NCBI RefSeq assembly: GCF_000315625.1
Contig: NW_005434406.1
Span: forward strand, 1 to 41,751
Reading direction: 5' to 3'
From: Guillardia theta CCMP2712
Lineage: Eukaryota > Protista > Cryptophyta
DNA length: 41,751 nucleotides
In this document: positions 28,011 to 39,664 of the stretch, one piece after another
Position numbering within the stretch: position 1 is the stretch's first letter
How the letters are laid out: every line of letters begins with the position of its first letter
The notes under the pieces: generated by a model
Told to the model about the DNA's origin: nothing
Databases searched by the model: none
Seen by the model: only the letters and a program-made list of their open reading frames with translations
Made by a program: the position numbers and the translations under genes

Positions 28011-28799
28011 CCTGAAATGCCTTGCCAACGATGAGGACGTCTGTACAGCAAACAGGTGGGAACTTGCAGTGATTCCTAGGCTGAGTTTCTACTCTATATT
28101 CTATTCAATGTTCTTTCCTTTTCAAGACTCGCACCAATGCACTTCCTCTCCTTGTCAACCTGAAACAAAAAATACACGCTCAGAGAACGAATGAGAACAA
28201 CACGTTTCGATCGACAGGGGATTAAAAGGAATAGAGACTTTGCAATGAGTTTCATGATAACATCAATTAATAACAACGAGCAAGCAGAGAATACAGAAAT
28301 CAGTCATAGATGTCGTCATCACGACATTCATCAGTGACTTCATGGTATCGCCCAATCACGACAGCATGATTTTCTCGCACGGCAGTACACCACTCCACCA
28401 CGAGAGTATATAATGCACGGTGAGGGGAGAAAGGAGAGGGGAAGGAGCGGGAGGGGGGGGGGGAGTAGGTGAGTACACATTGCCAGGTAGGAATCGATTT
28501 GAATGAGGATGGTCAAGCCGGAGGCAGGAAAGAGGGACGCCAATGCTGTGAAAAATGGCGCTGGAAGCAGAAGGGAGGAGGAAGAAATTGAGGATGTCTG
28601 TGATGAGAAGGAGGGAGTATGGAGATGATAAATGAAAAGGGAAGAGTATATGGGGATTTGGATGCGAGTTGAGATGGTTGGTACAAGAGGAGAATGAAAA
28701 CAGGTGGCGAAGATAGCGGCGAATCAGCAGGGTAGAGAAAGAGGGGGCTTTCAAATGGAACGTGTTGTAGCAGTACTGCTAGGATAAGCAGTGGCAAGA

Positions 28800-28964
28800 G
28801 GAAGAGCAGGAGAGGGACCAGGAGCAGGAGGAGCAGGATCAGGACCAGGACAAGGACCAGGACCAGGACAAGGACAAGGACCAGGAGGAGCAGGACCAGG
28901 ACCAGGAGCAGCAGAAAGCAGCAGAAGCAGGACCAGGACCAGGAGCAGGAGCAGGATAGCGAGG

Positions 28965-29020
<56 letters not shown>

Positions 29021-29054
29021 CAGGAGCAGCAGGAGCAGCAGGAGCAGCAGGAGC

Positions 29055-29127
<73 letters not shown>
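28800..29127. repeat. (GGAGCA/GGACCA)n hexamer array
   Basis: Direct inspection; the same unit recurs at 34148-34220, 36740-36782 and 38379-38487. Confidence 0.9.
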
Positions 29128-29129
<2 letters not shown>

Positions 29130-29159
29130 GATGAAGAAGAGGGAGAGGGGAGGGGAAGT

Positions 29160-30215
29160 GGAGGGAAATGGTCGTAGGGCGGTTGTGCATGAAAGGATCG
29201 CCGGGGACGGAAGTGGGCAAATCTACAGGTGGGGTGATATCAGGAACCTTGGAGATGGGGTGGGTGATAATAATGTTCCTAATAGACGGGATGGTCGTGG
29301 GATATTTGGAGGGTGGGTACTTTCTAAAGTACACATTGGGTCAACAAAGGGGTCATATTGAAAGGCATTGGATGTGAAATGAGGGGGTAGGGGTAGTCAG
29401 GAGGCCAGGGAAGTAGGAACAACCCGACTTTTGATACTATTTGGTGGTCCTGGTGTAAGTGATAGCTGGGGGTAGGGGTACTGTCATCAGGGACTAGGGT
29501 ACAGTAATTACAGGGCAGATATAGGGTACTTCTAGTAATGACGTAGGGTACTTTCCCAAAAGGTCTCGGAAGTTGGGGGGTAGGGGTGACACATGGATCA
29601 TGTCATCATTTTAAATGAAGCGATGACTTTTTTGAAATTACTGATGGGTACATTTGTCATTAACGGGTGGGGTGGGGTCAGCTTCTATCTTGGGGTAGAG
29701 GAGGGTAATCAGGGGTGGAAGCGGATTTCTCGAATCGTCATTTGGGGGTGGGTACTGGCAAGGCTCGTAAATTGTACGGGTTCAAAGAGGCATTTTACTG
29801 GTCGGTCAGGTGGACCAAAGGTGGGTGGGTGGGGGGGGGGGGTGATTCCCTTGGCGCGCGAGAGAATAGGACTCAATACGAGGGGGTGGGGGTCATCATG
29901 AATAGGGGTGGGTGGTCAAGGAAATAGGTTGTAGTCGGCCGCTTCATGTGCAAAAAAAACATTGGGGGGCAGCCCTGTAGGGTCGTAATGACCACCCACC
30001 ACCCCCTTTTGATTCGTCTCAAGTACCCCCGTAGTAATACCTTGAGCCCATTCTCACCCCTACCCCCCTTGTCCCCTTATAGTACCCTATTTTCCCTATT
30101 TAAGGTCAGAACCGGCCCGAGCGGAGATTGTCGCCAGATACCCCATAGGTTTTAGTCAAATCAAACGGTCCCCTTCATACCCACCCACCCCCTTCTATGA
30201 AGGTACCCCTCAGAC
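29160..30215. other. G-rich then C-rich skewed intergenic tract (polarity switch ~29950-29990)
   Basis: GGGGTAGGGG words up to ~29930, CACCCACCCC/CCCTACCCC words after ~29990. Confidence 0.6.
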
Positions 30216-30787
30216 ACAACGAAAATAGACCGGTACTAGACCTTTTTGTTGCCAGTTCGCTGGCAACCTGGCAACCCCCGGCTGCGGCACCCGTCAGTTG
30301 CGTCCGATCTGAGTGCTGCCGGGCCGTCGGCCGCCGGGTCCGATCGAGACTCAACTGCCACCGATGTTTCCGGGCGAGGCCCGGGCGGGCCTCCGCCCCG
30401 CCGCCGCCGGTCGCCGGGGCCCTACCGTACTGTAGTACGACCCGCGGCTCTGGACTCGGGAGCCCCGGCCGATCACGGTCGGAGCAAAGACTCTGTCAGC
30501 CGCCGCTGACTCAGTCACTGATGTACTAACTTGACAAGTTGCCATTGAATAGAGCAAAAATACTCAGCTGACTCCCGGCGTTACTATCATATGCTATCAT
30601 GTGGGCGACCGTCGGGTGACCTCTCAGAGAGTCGAGTGGCATCAGAAACTTGCCAAGTTGGGCGGCGGCGACTTGATCTGGCTCCCCCGCCAGTGCCGGC
30701 ATCTGCTGAGATCCGATGATCGGACCGTGAGCGCGGTGACAGGCTTCAAGTTCCTGTTCAGGCGCCGCCTGTCCGATCAGGCTCGGC

Positions 30788-33601
30788 TCATACAAACAGC
30801 ATCACTTCTTGGTACGCCAGTCTCGCAATCTCCACTGGCATCAGCTTAGCCGCGTGCAGGTCAAACAGCTCCACGTCCACCTCGTGCCTGCCCGACTCGA
30901 GCTTGCCCAGCAACAACTTCACCTCATGCACGTCCCCAGTCAGGTCGGCGGGGACGATGCGGTAGAAGGCGGGGTTGTCTGACCCCTCTGCCTTCCCCTT
31001 GACGAACGCCGTCAGCTGGAAGCTCGAGGCCCTCGCAAGGTTGTGCAGCTGGACCCCCAGCTGGTAGCCAGCTCTCACCACCTCTAGCTTCGTGCTCACC
31101 TCCATCCTGATGCTCTCCGGCTGGCACGCCTTGTCTTCGAAGGCCTTGAGGACGCAGGACCTGTGTGCTGCCTTCTCCTGCGGCCTCGTGTACTCATACA
31201 GCATCGTGTCCTGCAGGAGTCTGCGGCCGACCGTGTCTGGTGGGCCCCAGCCCGACCCTGTCCCGGACTTCTCGGGCAGGCTGATGTCCAGTTGGGCAGC
31301 GATGACGTGCTCGACGTTGAACAGCGCATCTGAGGCGTGCACGAAGAAGCCCTTGGGCAGAACCATGAAGGAATACCCAAGGTAAGCGGCCTCCGCCGTC
31401 ATGGAAGCCTTGTCCCAGCCCCAGAACACGTAACGATCGTCGTAGACGCCCGCCCCGTGCCGTCCGAGCCACGAGCTTCGGTTCAGCACCACGTAAGGCT
31501 CGTAGCCCAGCAAGTAGCTCGCCTCGTACAAGTCCTCGGCATCGAGCCAGCGGTCGTAGTCTGTGGGCATGTGGAAGACCCCAGCTCCAGACCAGCTGGT
31601 TGTCCCCCTGCAGTCTATCCCAGGGACGTAGACGCTGCAGGTGGCGAAGTGCTGCCGAAGGTCCCTGAACAAGATGCTGAAGGTGTTGACGGACAAGTTT
31701 CCCTCGTTCACGTCAACCTCCACGTCAAGGGGCCAGAGTTCGTTCGACCTGAACGCCGGCAACACCAGGAGGTCCATGGGGCCGAGCTGCCCCCTGCTAT
31801 ATGCCAGCTGGATGCTTGCGGCAAGGCCGTCCGACGGCTGCATGTCGACATCGGTGAACAGGATCAGCTCTGTCTTGGCTATGGCACAGCAGATCTTTCT
31901 CAGCATGTTGATGGGGAACACAAGGTCATTCCCTGTGTTCAAGGGGTCGGGGCAGGCAGATAGCAAAACTACCTCCAGCGTCTTGCCCCTCGTCGCAAAC
32001 CAAGGGCCCAAAATCTCCATCACGAACCTTCTGATCTCTCCCTGCTCCACAGCGCTGCGCGCGTACATGGCGACCGCCATGTTATCCCCCCAGTGCGCAG
32101 CTGTGCTGATCAGCGTGACGAGCCGGTCCAACGTTGCGGTCGTGGTCAACGTCACATCAAGAGCGCCTGCTTTCCCCAGGTGCTGCTGGGTGAGATTGAC
32201 AGGATGGTGGAAGGGCGACGCCCGGTACTCCAGCGGGCCGTCGAAGATCGGTTGACCCGACGAGCTCCAGAGGTAGTTGACTTGACACGCTCCCATGGCG
32301 ACGAATCGTCGGGCGACTTGGAGAATTTTCTGCTCCCCTCCCCCCTGCTCTTCCGTCCTGACGGCATGCAGCACTGCTCTGATCTCCACCTCACCCAGCC
32401 CGCACGAGGGGACCAGGTGCTCGAGTGCAGCTGGAGCAGCCGACTGTTTGATGAAGCTGCTGACTTGGAAGACAACTCTGCCCGTCGCCACCATCACGGC
32501 AGACAGGCTGAGCCTATACCGCTGGCCGCCCCTCAGCCCAAGAGCAGCAGCGGAGACTTGCACCTGCAATCCGGCGACCGGGAGCTCTGGGACTGTGACG
32601 AGGTCAATCTTGGCAGTGCTGTGCTCTGCACCAGCAACGACAAGCTCTTCGTTAGCAGGCTGTGCTGTCTTGCCGGATCCCCTTGCCGAAAGTCTGAGCA
32701 TGCTCACAGGTGCTGGCGTGCTGTTGCCGTCGTTGAGGAGACAACTCGGGTTGCAGGCGGCGAGGCTGAGAGACCTGCTGACGTTCATGATGGGGAGGAT
32801 AGAAGATTGGTTGAGACGCTCCGAGAGGACGATGGAGAGGAGGAAGTCGCTCCCTGCAATTCCTGACACCCGCACGGGCTCCACGCGCTCCTCCTCCTCA
32901 GCGTCCACGACCATGATTTGCTGATGGTGCCAGAGGCTGCTGACCTCGATCGCAACGACTAGCAGCAGCAGCTGTCGTCGAGCGACGCCCGTCAGGCGGA
33001 CGTTGACTGTCATGTCCCTTCCGTCCATGACCGCCTGCTCCACCGCTGCTCTTGGCCCTGACAGATCCTCGACGAGCACGTAGTGGTCTTCCGATGCGAC
33101 CACCGTGAGCTGCAATGACGGGTCGACTTTGTGGAGGACGAGGAGGAGGGAGTAGGAGCCGGGAGGAGCGTCGTCGTAGGAGAAGGAGAAGCATCCGGGA
33201 AAATGGGACAGCATGCCAGGCGCTATCAGAAACTCCTTCATGGCTACAACCCTGAGCGCATGCCGCATCTGAACCTGCAACAACATCGTATGGCCCCTCG
33301 TAGAGTCTTCCAGGTCAACCGTCACCAGCAGAGATCCAGCTGGGGCCGTTTGTTCCCTGCTCGACCAACGTATCGCCCACTCTCTATCTGACAAGCTGAC
33401 TGTTGCCGTCAGAGCGGCTGAGCTTGCACACTGACAGGAACCCGCCGAGACAGGAGAGGAGGTGAGATTGATCTTGGAGAGGCTGCAGGGGGAGGAAGAC
33501 GAGGCCTCGGAAGTGTCGGGGGATGAGCTTGCAGGGGGGGTGTTCAGGAGAAGTGCAAGGAGGAAGAGAGAAAGTGGAGAATGGATTGTAAGGAGATACA
33601 T
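30788..33601 (-). CDS. LARGE/B4GAT1-like glycosyltransferase family 49 protein with long N-terminal extension
   Basis: Single ~937-aa ORF with signal-like N terminus. GT49-like motifs: DVTLTTTATLDRL, FPINMLRK, TDVDMQPS (DxD), LLVLPAF, PTDYDRW, GYEPYVV, YDDRYVFWGWDKAS, FMVLPKGFFVH. Confidence 0.85.
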   Translation of the reverse strand: MYLLTIHSPLSLFLLALLLNTPPASSSPDTSEASSSSPCSLSKINLTSSPVSAGSCQCASSAALTATVSLSDREWAIRWSSREQTAPAGSLLVTVDLEDSTRGHTMLLQVQMRHALRVVAMKEFLIAPGMLSHFPGCFSFSYDDAPPGSYSLLLVLHKVDPSLQLTVVASEDHYVLVEDLSGPRAAVEQAVMDGRDMTVNVRLTGVARRQLLLLVVAIEVSSLWHHQQIMVVDAEEEERVEPVRVSGIAGSDFLLSIVLSERLNQSSILPIMNVSRSLSLAACNPSCLLNDGNSTPAPVSMLRLSARGSGKTAQPANEELVVAGAEHSTAKIDLVTVPELPVAGLQVQVSAAALGLRGGQRYRLSLSAVMVATGRVVFQVSSFIKQSAAPAALEHLVPSCGLGEVEIRAVLHAVRTEEQGGGEQKILQVARRFVAMGACQVNYLWSSSGQPIFDGPLEYRASPFHHPVNLTQQHLGKAGALDVTLTTTATLDRLVTLISTAAHWGDNMAVAMYARSAVEQGEIRRFVMEILGPWFATRGKTLEVVLLSACPDPLNTGNDLVFPINMLRKICCAIAKTELILFTDVDMQPSDGLAASIQLAYSRGQLGPMDLLVLPAFRSNELWPLDVEVDVNEGNLSVNTFSILFRDLRQHFATCSVYVPGIDCRGTTSWSGAGVFHMPTDYDRWLDAEDLYEASYLLGYEPYVVLNRSSWLGRHGAGVYDDRYVFWGWDKASMTAEAAYLGYSFMVLPKGFFVHASDALFNVEHVIAAQLDISLPEKSGTGSGWGPPDTVGRRLLQDTMLYEYTRPQEKAAHRSCVLKAFEDKACQPESIRMEVSTKLEVVRAGYQLGVQLHNLARASSFQLTAFVKGKAEGSDNPAFYRIVPADLTGDVHEVKLLLGKLESGRHEVDVELFDLHAAKLMPVEIARLAYQEVMLFV

Positions 33602-34146
33602 GATGTTGGGGACAATTAGGAGGAGGAGCAAGGCGAAAGAGAAGGCAGAAATGAGGCAGGAGTCGAGAAAGCAGAAAACTAAGGATGAAGCAGAGGTGAA
33701 GTACGATGAGACTGCAGAAGAGAAAGAAGGAAAGAGGCAAGAGGTGGATCAGGAAAGGGAGTTGGAAAAGGGAGCAGGAGAAGAAGAAGTATCAGGAGGA
33801 GGAGGAGGAGGAGGAGGAGGAGGAGGAGGGGAGGGGGCCGACGAGGAGGAGATGGAAGGGGGAGAGGAGGGAGAGGGGGGAGGGCGGGAGCAGGAGTTCA
33901 GGTGAGAGCCCCTTTGAGCCACCCTCCACCCCCCCATGAAACCAAGAGGTTCGGATCCACCCCTCTGGGATTGTTCCGAATTTCAAGAATACCCCCTCTT
34001 GTATCTGAAAACAGGAGATTTAATGAGGGGTACTTTAAGGCTTCATCGTGTCAGACCCCCCATTAATTCAAGCACCCTACCATACTAAAAATGGCCCACC
34101 TTGCGCGAAAAGGGCACGAGGCGACAGGAAACAGGTAAAGCAGAAC

Positions 34147-34190
<44 letters not shown>

Positions 34191-34399
34191 TAGCAAGGAG
34201 GAGGAGCAGGAGGAGGAGCAGGATAGCGGCACGAGCGTATTGAGCAACGACGAGGTTTACTTATGAAGTTAAGTGGAGTTATCGTACACAGGCGAGCTGG
34301 TAGCATACAGGATGAGCAAAGAGACAAGAAACAACCATGGTCAAACATCTAGCGAGTCAGAGATGTGACTTGTCCAGGTTTGATGTGACTTACCAAGGG

Positions 34400-36097
34400 T
34401 TCACTCTTCCCCGTTGCCCCCGTTGTCATTAGAACCTTTCTTGCCCCCCCCCCGGCTTGCTTGATACTTTCTTTGATGCAACCGGCCAAAGTCCAACCAC
34501 ACCATCCGCGTCTTGTGGCCATTTCAGCACATGCCGCTTCCAATCCTGTCGAAGACCATTATCGTGTTGATTTCCATCTTGACACATAGAATTCTCCTCT
34601 ATCATCATCATTGTAATCATAATCATTCACGTGCTCATCGTTCACATTGTCAAGATCGTTTGAGTTCCTTTATCATCATCATCTTCATCTCCATCTCCAT
34701 CTTCATCATCATCTCCATCATCATCACTACCATCATCATCATCTCCATCATCACCACTACCACCATCTCCATAATCGCCACCATCACCTCAATCATTATC
34801 TCCGTCTCCATCATCATCTTGCAACATATAATTCAATGTCTCTCTAACCTTGTACACTTCGTATCCATAAGGCCTGCTGTCGATGTTGTAGCCGTTGAAA
34901 CCAACTTGACTTCGCCCACCGTAACTGAGAACATTCAGATGTCAAATGAACATGACAGGAAAGAGACTTTTTCATCCTCATCCTGACCATGATCATCATC
35001 ATGATGATCATCATCACCACCATCATCATCACCATCACCATCACCATACCATCCTCTCCATCATCATCATCATCATCACCACCACCACCACCACCACCAC
35101 CACCACCACCATCACCACCACCACCACCACCACCACCACCACCACCAACAACAACATCATCATCATCATCATCATCATCATTACCCTCTCCACAATCATC
35201 TTCTCCATCTTCATCATAGTCACTTTTGTCCTCTCAATCACACAGATTGAAATTCTTTACCTCTCCTTCCCGCTGTGCCCGAACTCTTCGATTCCACCTG
35301 CTCCGTTCATCCTATGAACCGTCCTCTCGCGTCCGTCTTCGTCCTCCATCGCCTTGTTGTACCACTTCGAGTACCACCTCCGCCAGTCGTCCTGAAGGAA
35401 ACAGTCAGATGAAGAGATCGATGGTGTTGGAGGTGATGATGGAGATGCAGATGATGAGAATCGAGAATCGATGACGATCTGTGGCGATGACGATGATGGT
35501 GATGATGTTGTTGTTGTAGAAGAGGAGGAGGAGGAGGAGGAGAAGCAACAGCGACTCACATGGTCTTCAGCCCATACTTTAGAAGGTTGCTTGTACTTCC
35601 GGCTTCCAGTATCCCTCCCATACCCGTCGCTCCAGTCGTAGTGTTTCCTCTTCGCCTCCCACCGTTTGTTCGCCTCCAGGAAACCCGCCATGTCCCCCTC
35701 CTCCGCCTCCTCTGTCGGAGACACGTACATGCTGTGCTTGACTAGCTTGTCGTGCCACTGGTTGTAGCGGGTGCGGTAGTCGAGCTTCGGGTCAGTGAGC
35801 TCTGCCTTTCTTCTCCGCTCCTCCTCCCAGTCAAACTCGAGCGGCTCCTTCCTCCTCGAGCTGGACTGCCTGCTGAACGACCACCCAGCCTGCCCATCGT
35901 TCGGCTCGACGATGCCGTCCTCCCAGGCATCGTCCTCTGCCATGGTCGTGTTGTATCCCATCTGCAAGGATGATCTATGTCAGTGCTCCTCCTCCTCCTC
36001 CTCGCAAGGAAGGAGCCGTGTCAACCATGTAGATCGTGTCTTGAAGCTCGTCCTTATCCCGTTCCGCAGAGAGCGAAATGGCGACTACGAGGAGCAC
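34400..36097 (-). CDS. Multi-exon Trp/Asp/Arg-rich hypothetical protein (ends approximate)
   Basis: Splice-bounded coding-like segments: ~36026-36097 (VLLVVAISLSAERDKDELQDTIYM), ~35560-35961, ~35299-35391 (DDWRRWYSKWYNK), ~34849-34924 (YGGRSQVGFNGYNIDSRPYGYEVYK) and ~34400-34577. They are separated by microsatellite-filled introns. Confidence 0.5.
34600..35200. repeat. (CAT)n/(CAC)n intronic trinucleotide tracts
   Basis: Direct inspection. Confidence 0.85.
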
Positions 36098-36737
36098 CTG
36101 TCGCGATCATGAGAGAAGCGCTTTCACAAAGTTTCCTAGATCTCTTGTATGTTTGAACTATCATGAAAGTTCCTTCGCTTCCAGTAGGTTCATGAACTGC
36201 TTCTACTCTCATACCTCGCCTCTAACTTGCTCCTCAGTGTTCTTTTACGTGACCCCCCTCCCCTTACCTGACTCCCTCTCTCTCCCTGGCTCCCTGGCTC
36301 CATGGCTCCCTGGCTCCCTGGCTCCCTCCCTCCCTGGCACCCTTTCTCTCTCCCTGGCTCCATCCCTCTCTCCCTCTCCCTCCTCCTCTCTCTCTCTCTC
36401 TCTCNNNNNNNNNNNNNNNNNNNNNNNNNNNNNNNNNNNNNNNNNNNNNNNNNNNNNNNNNNNNNNNNNNNNNNNNNNNNNNNNNNNNNNNNNNNNNNNN
36501 NNNNNNNNNNNNNNNNNNNNNNNNNNNNNNNNNNNNNNNNNNNNNNGTCGGACTCCGAGCAGTGACCGTCACGCGGCTGCTGCGGCTCGTCTCTGAAGCT
36601 CAGTCCGGTCCGGGCCGCCCGGGCCTGGCGAACCGTGGCACAGTACTATCAAGAACTTGTAATTTTTTTTGTTCTCTTTCACTTTTAGATCATGAGATTC
36701 GCTCTTCTTCTCCTCTTCTGTCTTTTGCCCTCCAACC

Positions 36738-36782
<45 letters not shown>

Positions 36783-36998
36783 CATCATCATCATCATCAT
36801 CCTGCTCCTCCTTCTACGTCTTCTTGACGCGAGTTTCCTTTCAACAGCAAGTCGGACGTCCGCACATCTGATATATCAGACGAGCTCTCCGGCTAGTCGG
36901 TTAAGTTTCCTGCACTCTTCCTCCTCCTCCTCCCCCACCTTCTCTCCTTCCCCTTCTCCCTGCCTCCCTCTCCCCTTCCCCTGCTTCCTCCATCGACC

Positions 36999-37954
36999 TC
37001 ACACGATGAACTGAGACACGTCAGACACCTTGATCAGCACTTGACGGGAAGCAGGGCCCCCAAACCGCACGTCGGCTTTCGCCACACAGTAGGCAAACGC
37101 TTCCTCCGCTGTCAGAACCTGGTTGCCACTGTCCGGCAGACTCCCTTCCTTTCCAGTCAGATGGTCGTACGCCTGCTCCAGCGCCTTCTGCAGCGCGTCC
37201 TCGTGATCTGTCCCTACAGCAGTGAAGATCACGTCCTGGCCGAGGAGGAGGCGGGGAACGGGACTGTCCTGCTCTTGACCAGCGTCACCCTCACCCTGGC
37301 GACTCCAGCTGCTTCGAACCCGACCCATGCTGGCTCCCCCGCTGCCATGCACGCATGTAGATCCCCAACGTAGAGCATACCCCCCTCGCACAGCACAGGG
37401 AGTAAGACCTTGCTTCCTGTGCTGAGCTCCTTCAGGTCCATGTTGCCGCCATGCTCGTACGTCGGCTCGAAAGTGGAGCAGCCGCAGCCGAAGGCGTGGG
37501 AGGAGTGAGGAGCAGGAGCAGTAGCGATACATCCGATCATGGGCTTAAGAGGAAGCTGCAACCTGTCGCTGACCATCACATGACTTCCTCCTCGCAGCTC
37601 GAGCTCCCTCACGCTGCTGCTCCGTCCAGTAGCTGCTAGCTTGGACGCCAGGCAGCCGCAGACGCGTTCGTCTGCTATCCATACTGACCAGCACCTTGTA
37701 ATCTCGATACCCAACACCTCTACCTCCAGACAGTCTCCTGGCTGAGCGTCCTTGACGTACAGAGGTCCAGTAACGATGTTGATCTCCTCGACCTCCACCT
37801 GCTCCCCTCTGCTCAGCCTCTCGTAGGAGATGTCAGTGGTTTCGAAGGAGACGATCGCGCCGGAGCAGACGGTGAGAGCAGGAGGAGCGTCGGGGAGGAA
37901 CTTAGTTGCTGACTTGCTCTTGGGGATGAAGAACGATCCTTCTGATGCTGCCAT
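36999..37954 (-). CDS. Acetamidase/formamidase (FmdA/AmdA family), with a 1-nt frameshift in this assembly
   Basis: VTGPLYVKDAQPGDCLEVEV, PMIGCIATAP, HGGNMDLKEL, GDLHACMAAGE..GFE. The C terminus (RLLLGQDVIFTAVGTDHEDALQKA...LTAEEAFAY) continues in another frame from ~37255. Confidence 0.85.
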
Positions 37955-38377
37955 GAGATGCAGGAGGAGAGAGGAGGCGTCGAGAGCCTGGAAGACAAGA
38001 GCTCAGAGGAACGCAGGAGGATGGAGTGAGGCAGGTCGAGGAGGGTAGGGAGAGGAGAGTGCTGAGGGAGAGGGGATGGAGTGGAAGGTGAGCAAAAGGA
38101 GGAAATGGGAGGGGAGGGAGAACAAGACTTGAGGGAAGCATGGCTAGCAGAGGAGGAGGAAGGCCATGCAGTTCTGTAGGAAGGATGGATTCGGCAGAGA
38201 GAAATGGAGAAGCGATCCTGAGGATCGGGTGAGGGGAGGTTGGTGCTGACGAGCAGAAAAGTGCGGTGAAGCTGAGGAGGCGGAGAGGAGGCGAGGTAGA
38301 GCTGGGGATGGAAGGAGCGAGCGAGCAAATGCATAGTGGTGGTGGTAGTGGTTGAAGGATAACGATGGTGATGAAAG

Positions 38378-38487
<110 letters not shown>

Positions 38488-38705
38488 NNNNNNNNNNNNN
38501 NNNNNNNNNNNNNNNNNNNNNNNNNNNNNNNNNNNNNNNNNNNNNNNNNNNNNNNNNNNNNNNNNNNNNNNNNNNNNNNNNNNNNNNNNNNNNNNNNNNN
38601 NNNNNNNNNNNNNNNNNNNNNNNNNNNNNNNNNNNNNNNNNNNNNNNNNNNNNNNNNNNNNNNNNNNNNNNNNNNNNNNNNNNNNNNNNNNNNNNNNNNN
38701 NNNNN

Positions 38706-38900
38706 ACGGGACGGGACGGGACGGGACGGGACGGGACGGGACGGGACGGGACGGGACGGGACGGGGGAACGGGACGGGGACGGGACGGGAACGGGGACGG
38801 GGGGAACGGGGGGAACGGGGGAACGGGGGGAACGGGGGGAACGGGGAACGGGGGAACGGGGAACGGGGGAACGGGGGAACGGGGACGGGACGGGGACGAG
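38706..38900. repeat. (GGGAC)n / GGGGAAC degenerate satellite
   Basis: Direct inspection. Confidence 0.9.
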
Positions 38901-39104
38901 GGGAGCGAGGGCAGGCCGGCAGGCAGCAGGGAGGGGACGGGGCGGGCGGGGGGGGGGTGGGGCTGCGAGAGAGAGAAGGGGATGGGGAAGGGGACAGGAG
39001 GACAGAGAGGGAGGGATGAAATGCGGTGAGCAGGGAGCAAGAACTTGATGATGGGAGGAGTAGGGCTTGCGATGACATCATGAGCGCAGGTTGTTGCTGT
39101 TAGC

Positions 39105-39273
39105 ATGGCGAGCAATTCTACAGAAGCGATTGAAGGTATTTCGCAGAGAATGAAGGATATTGTGAATGGATGATCATGATGATCATGGCGATGGCGATGG
39201 AGATGGAGATGATGATGGTGATGGTGATGACGAAGATGATGGTGAAGATGATGGTGATAGTGATGAAGATGGA

Positions 39274-39325
<52 letters not shown>

Positions 39326-39616
39326 GTGATAGTGATGAAGATGGAGGTGGAGATTATGATGGTGAGGACGAGATATCGATCATCATGAGGAGGAGGAGGA
39401 GAACGAGTATGTGGAGGAAAAGAGCACGGGAGGAGAACCAGGAGGCAGAGGGCGATGGAGTCGATAATCGTTTAGATTGATGATTCCAACAAAGGAAGAA
39501 GAAAAGGGAGATGACAGATGGAGGAGGAGGATGACGAGGACAAGAATGGCAAAGACCAGGACGAGGGCGAGGAGGAAGTAGAAACCAAGGAGGAGGAGAA
39601 GGACGAGGAGGACGAA

Positions 39617-39664
<48 letters not shown>

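Noticed and set aside
28513-29334. Cys-rich metallothionein-like or RS-domain ORFs
   Set aside because: Translations of the GGAGCA hexamer array.
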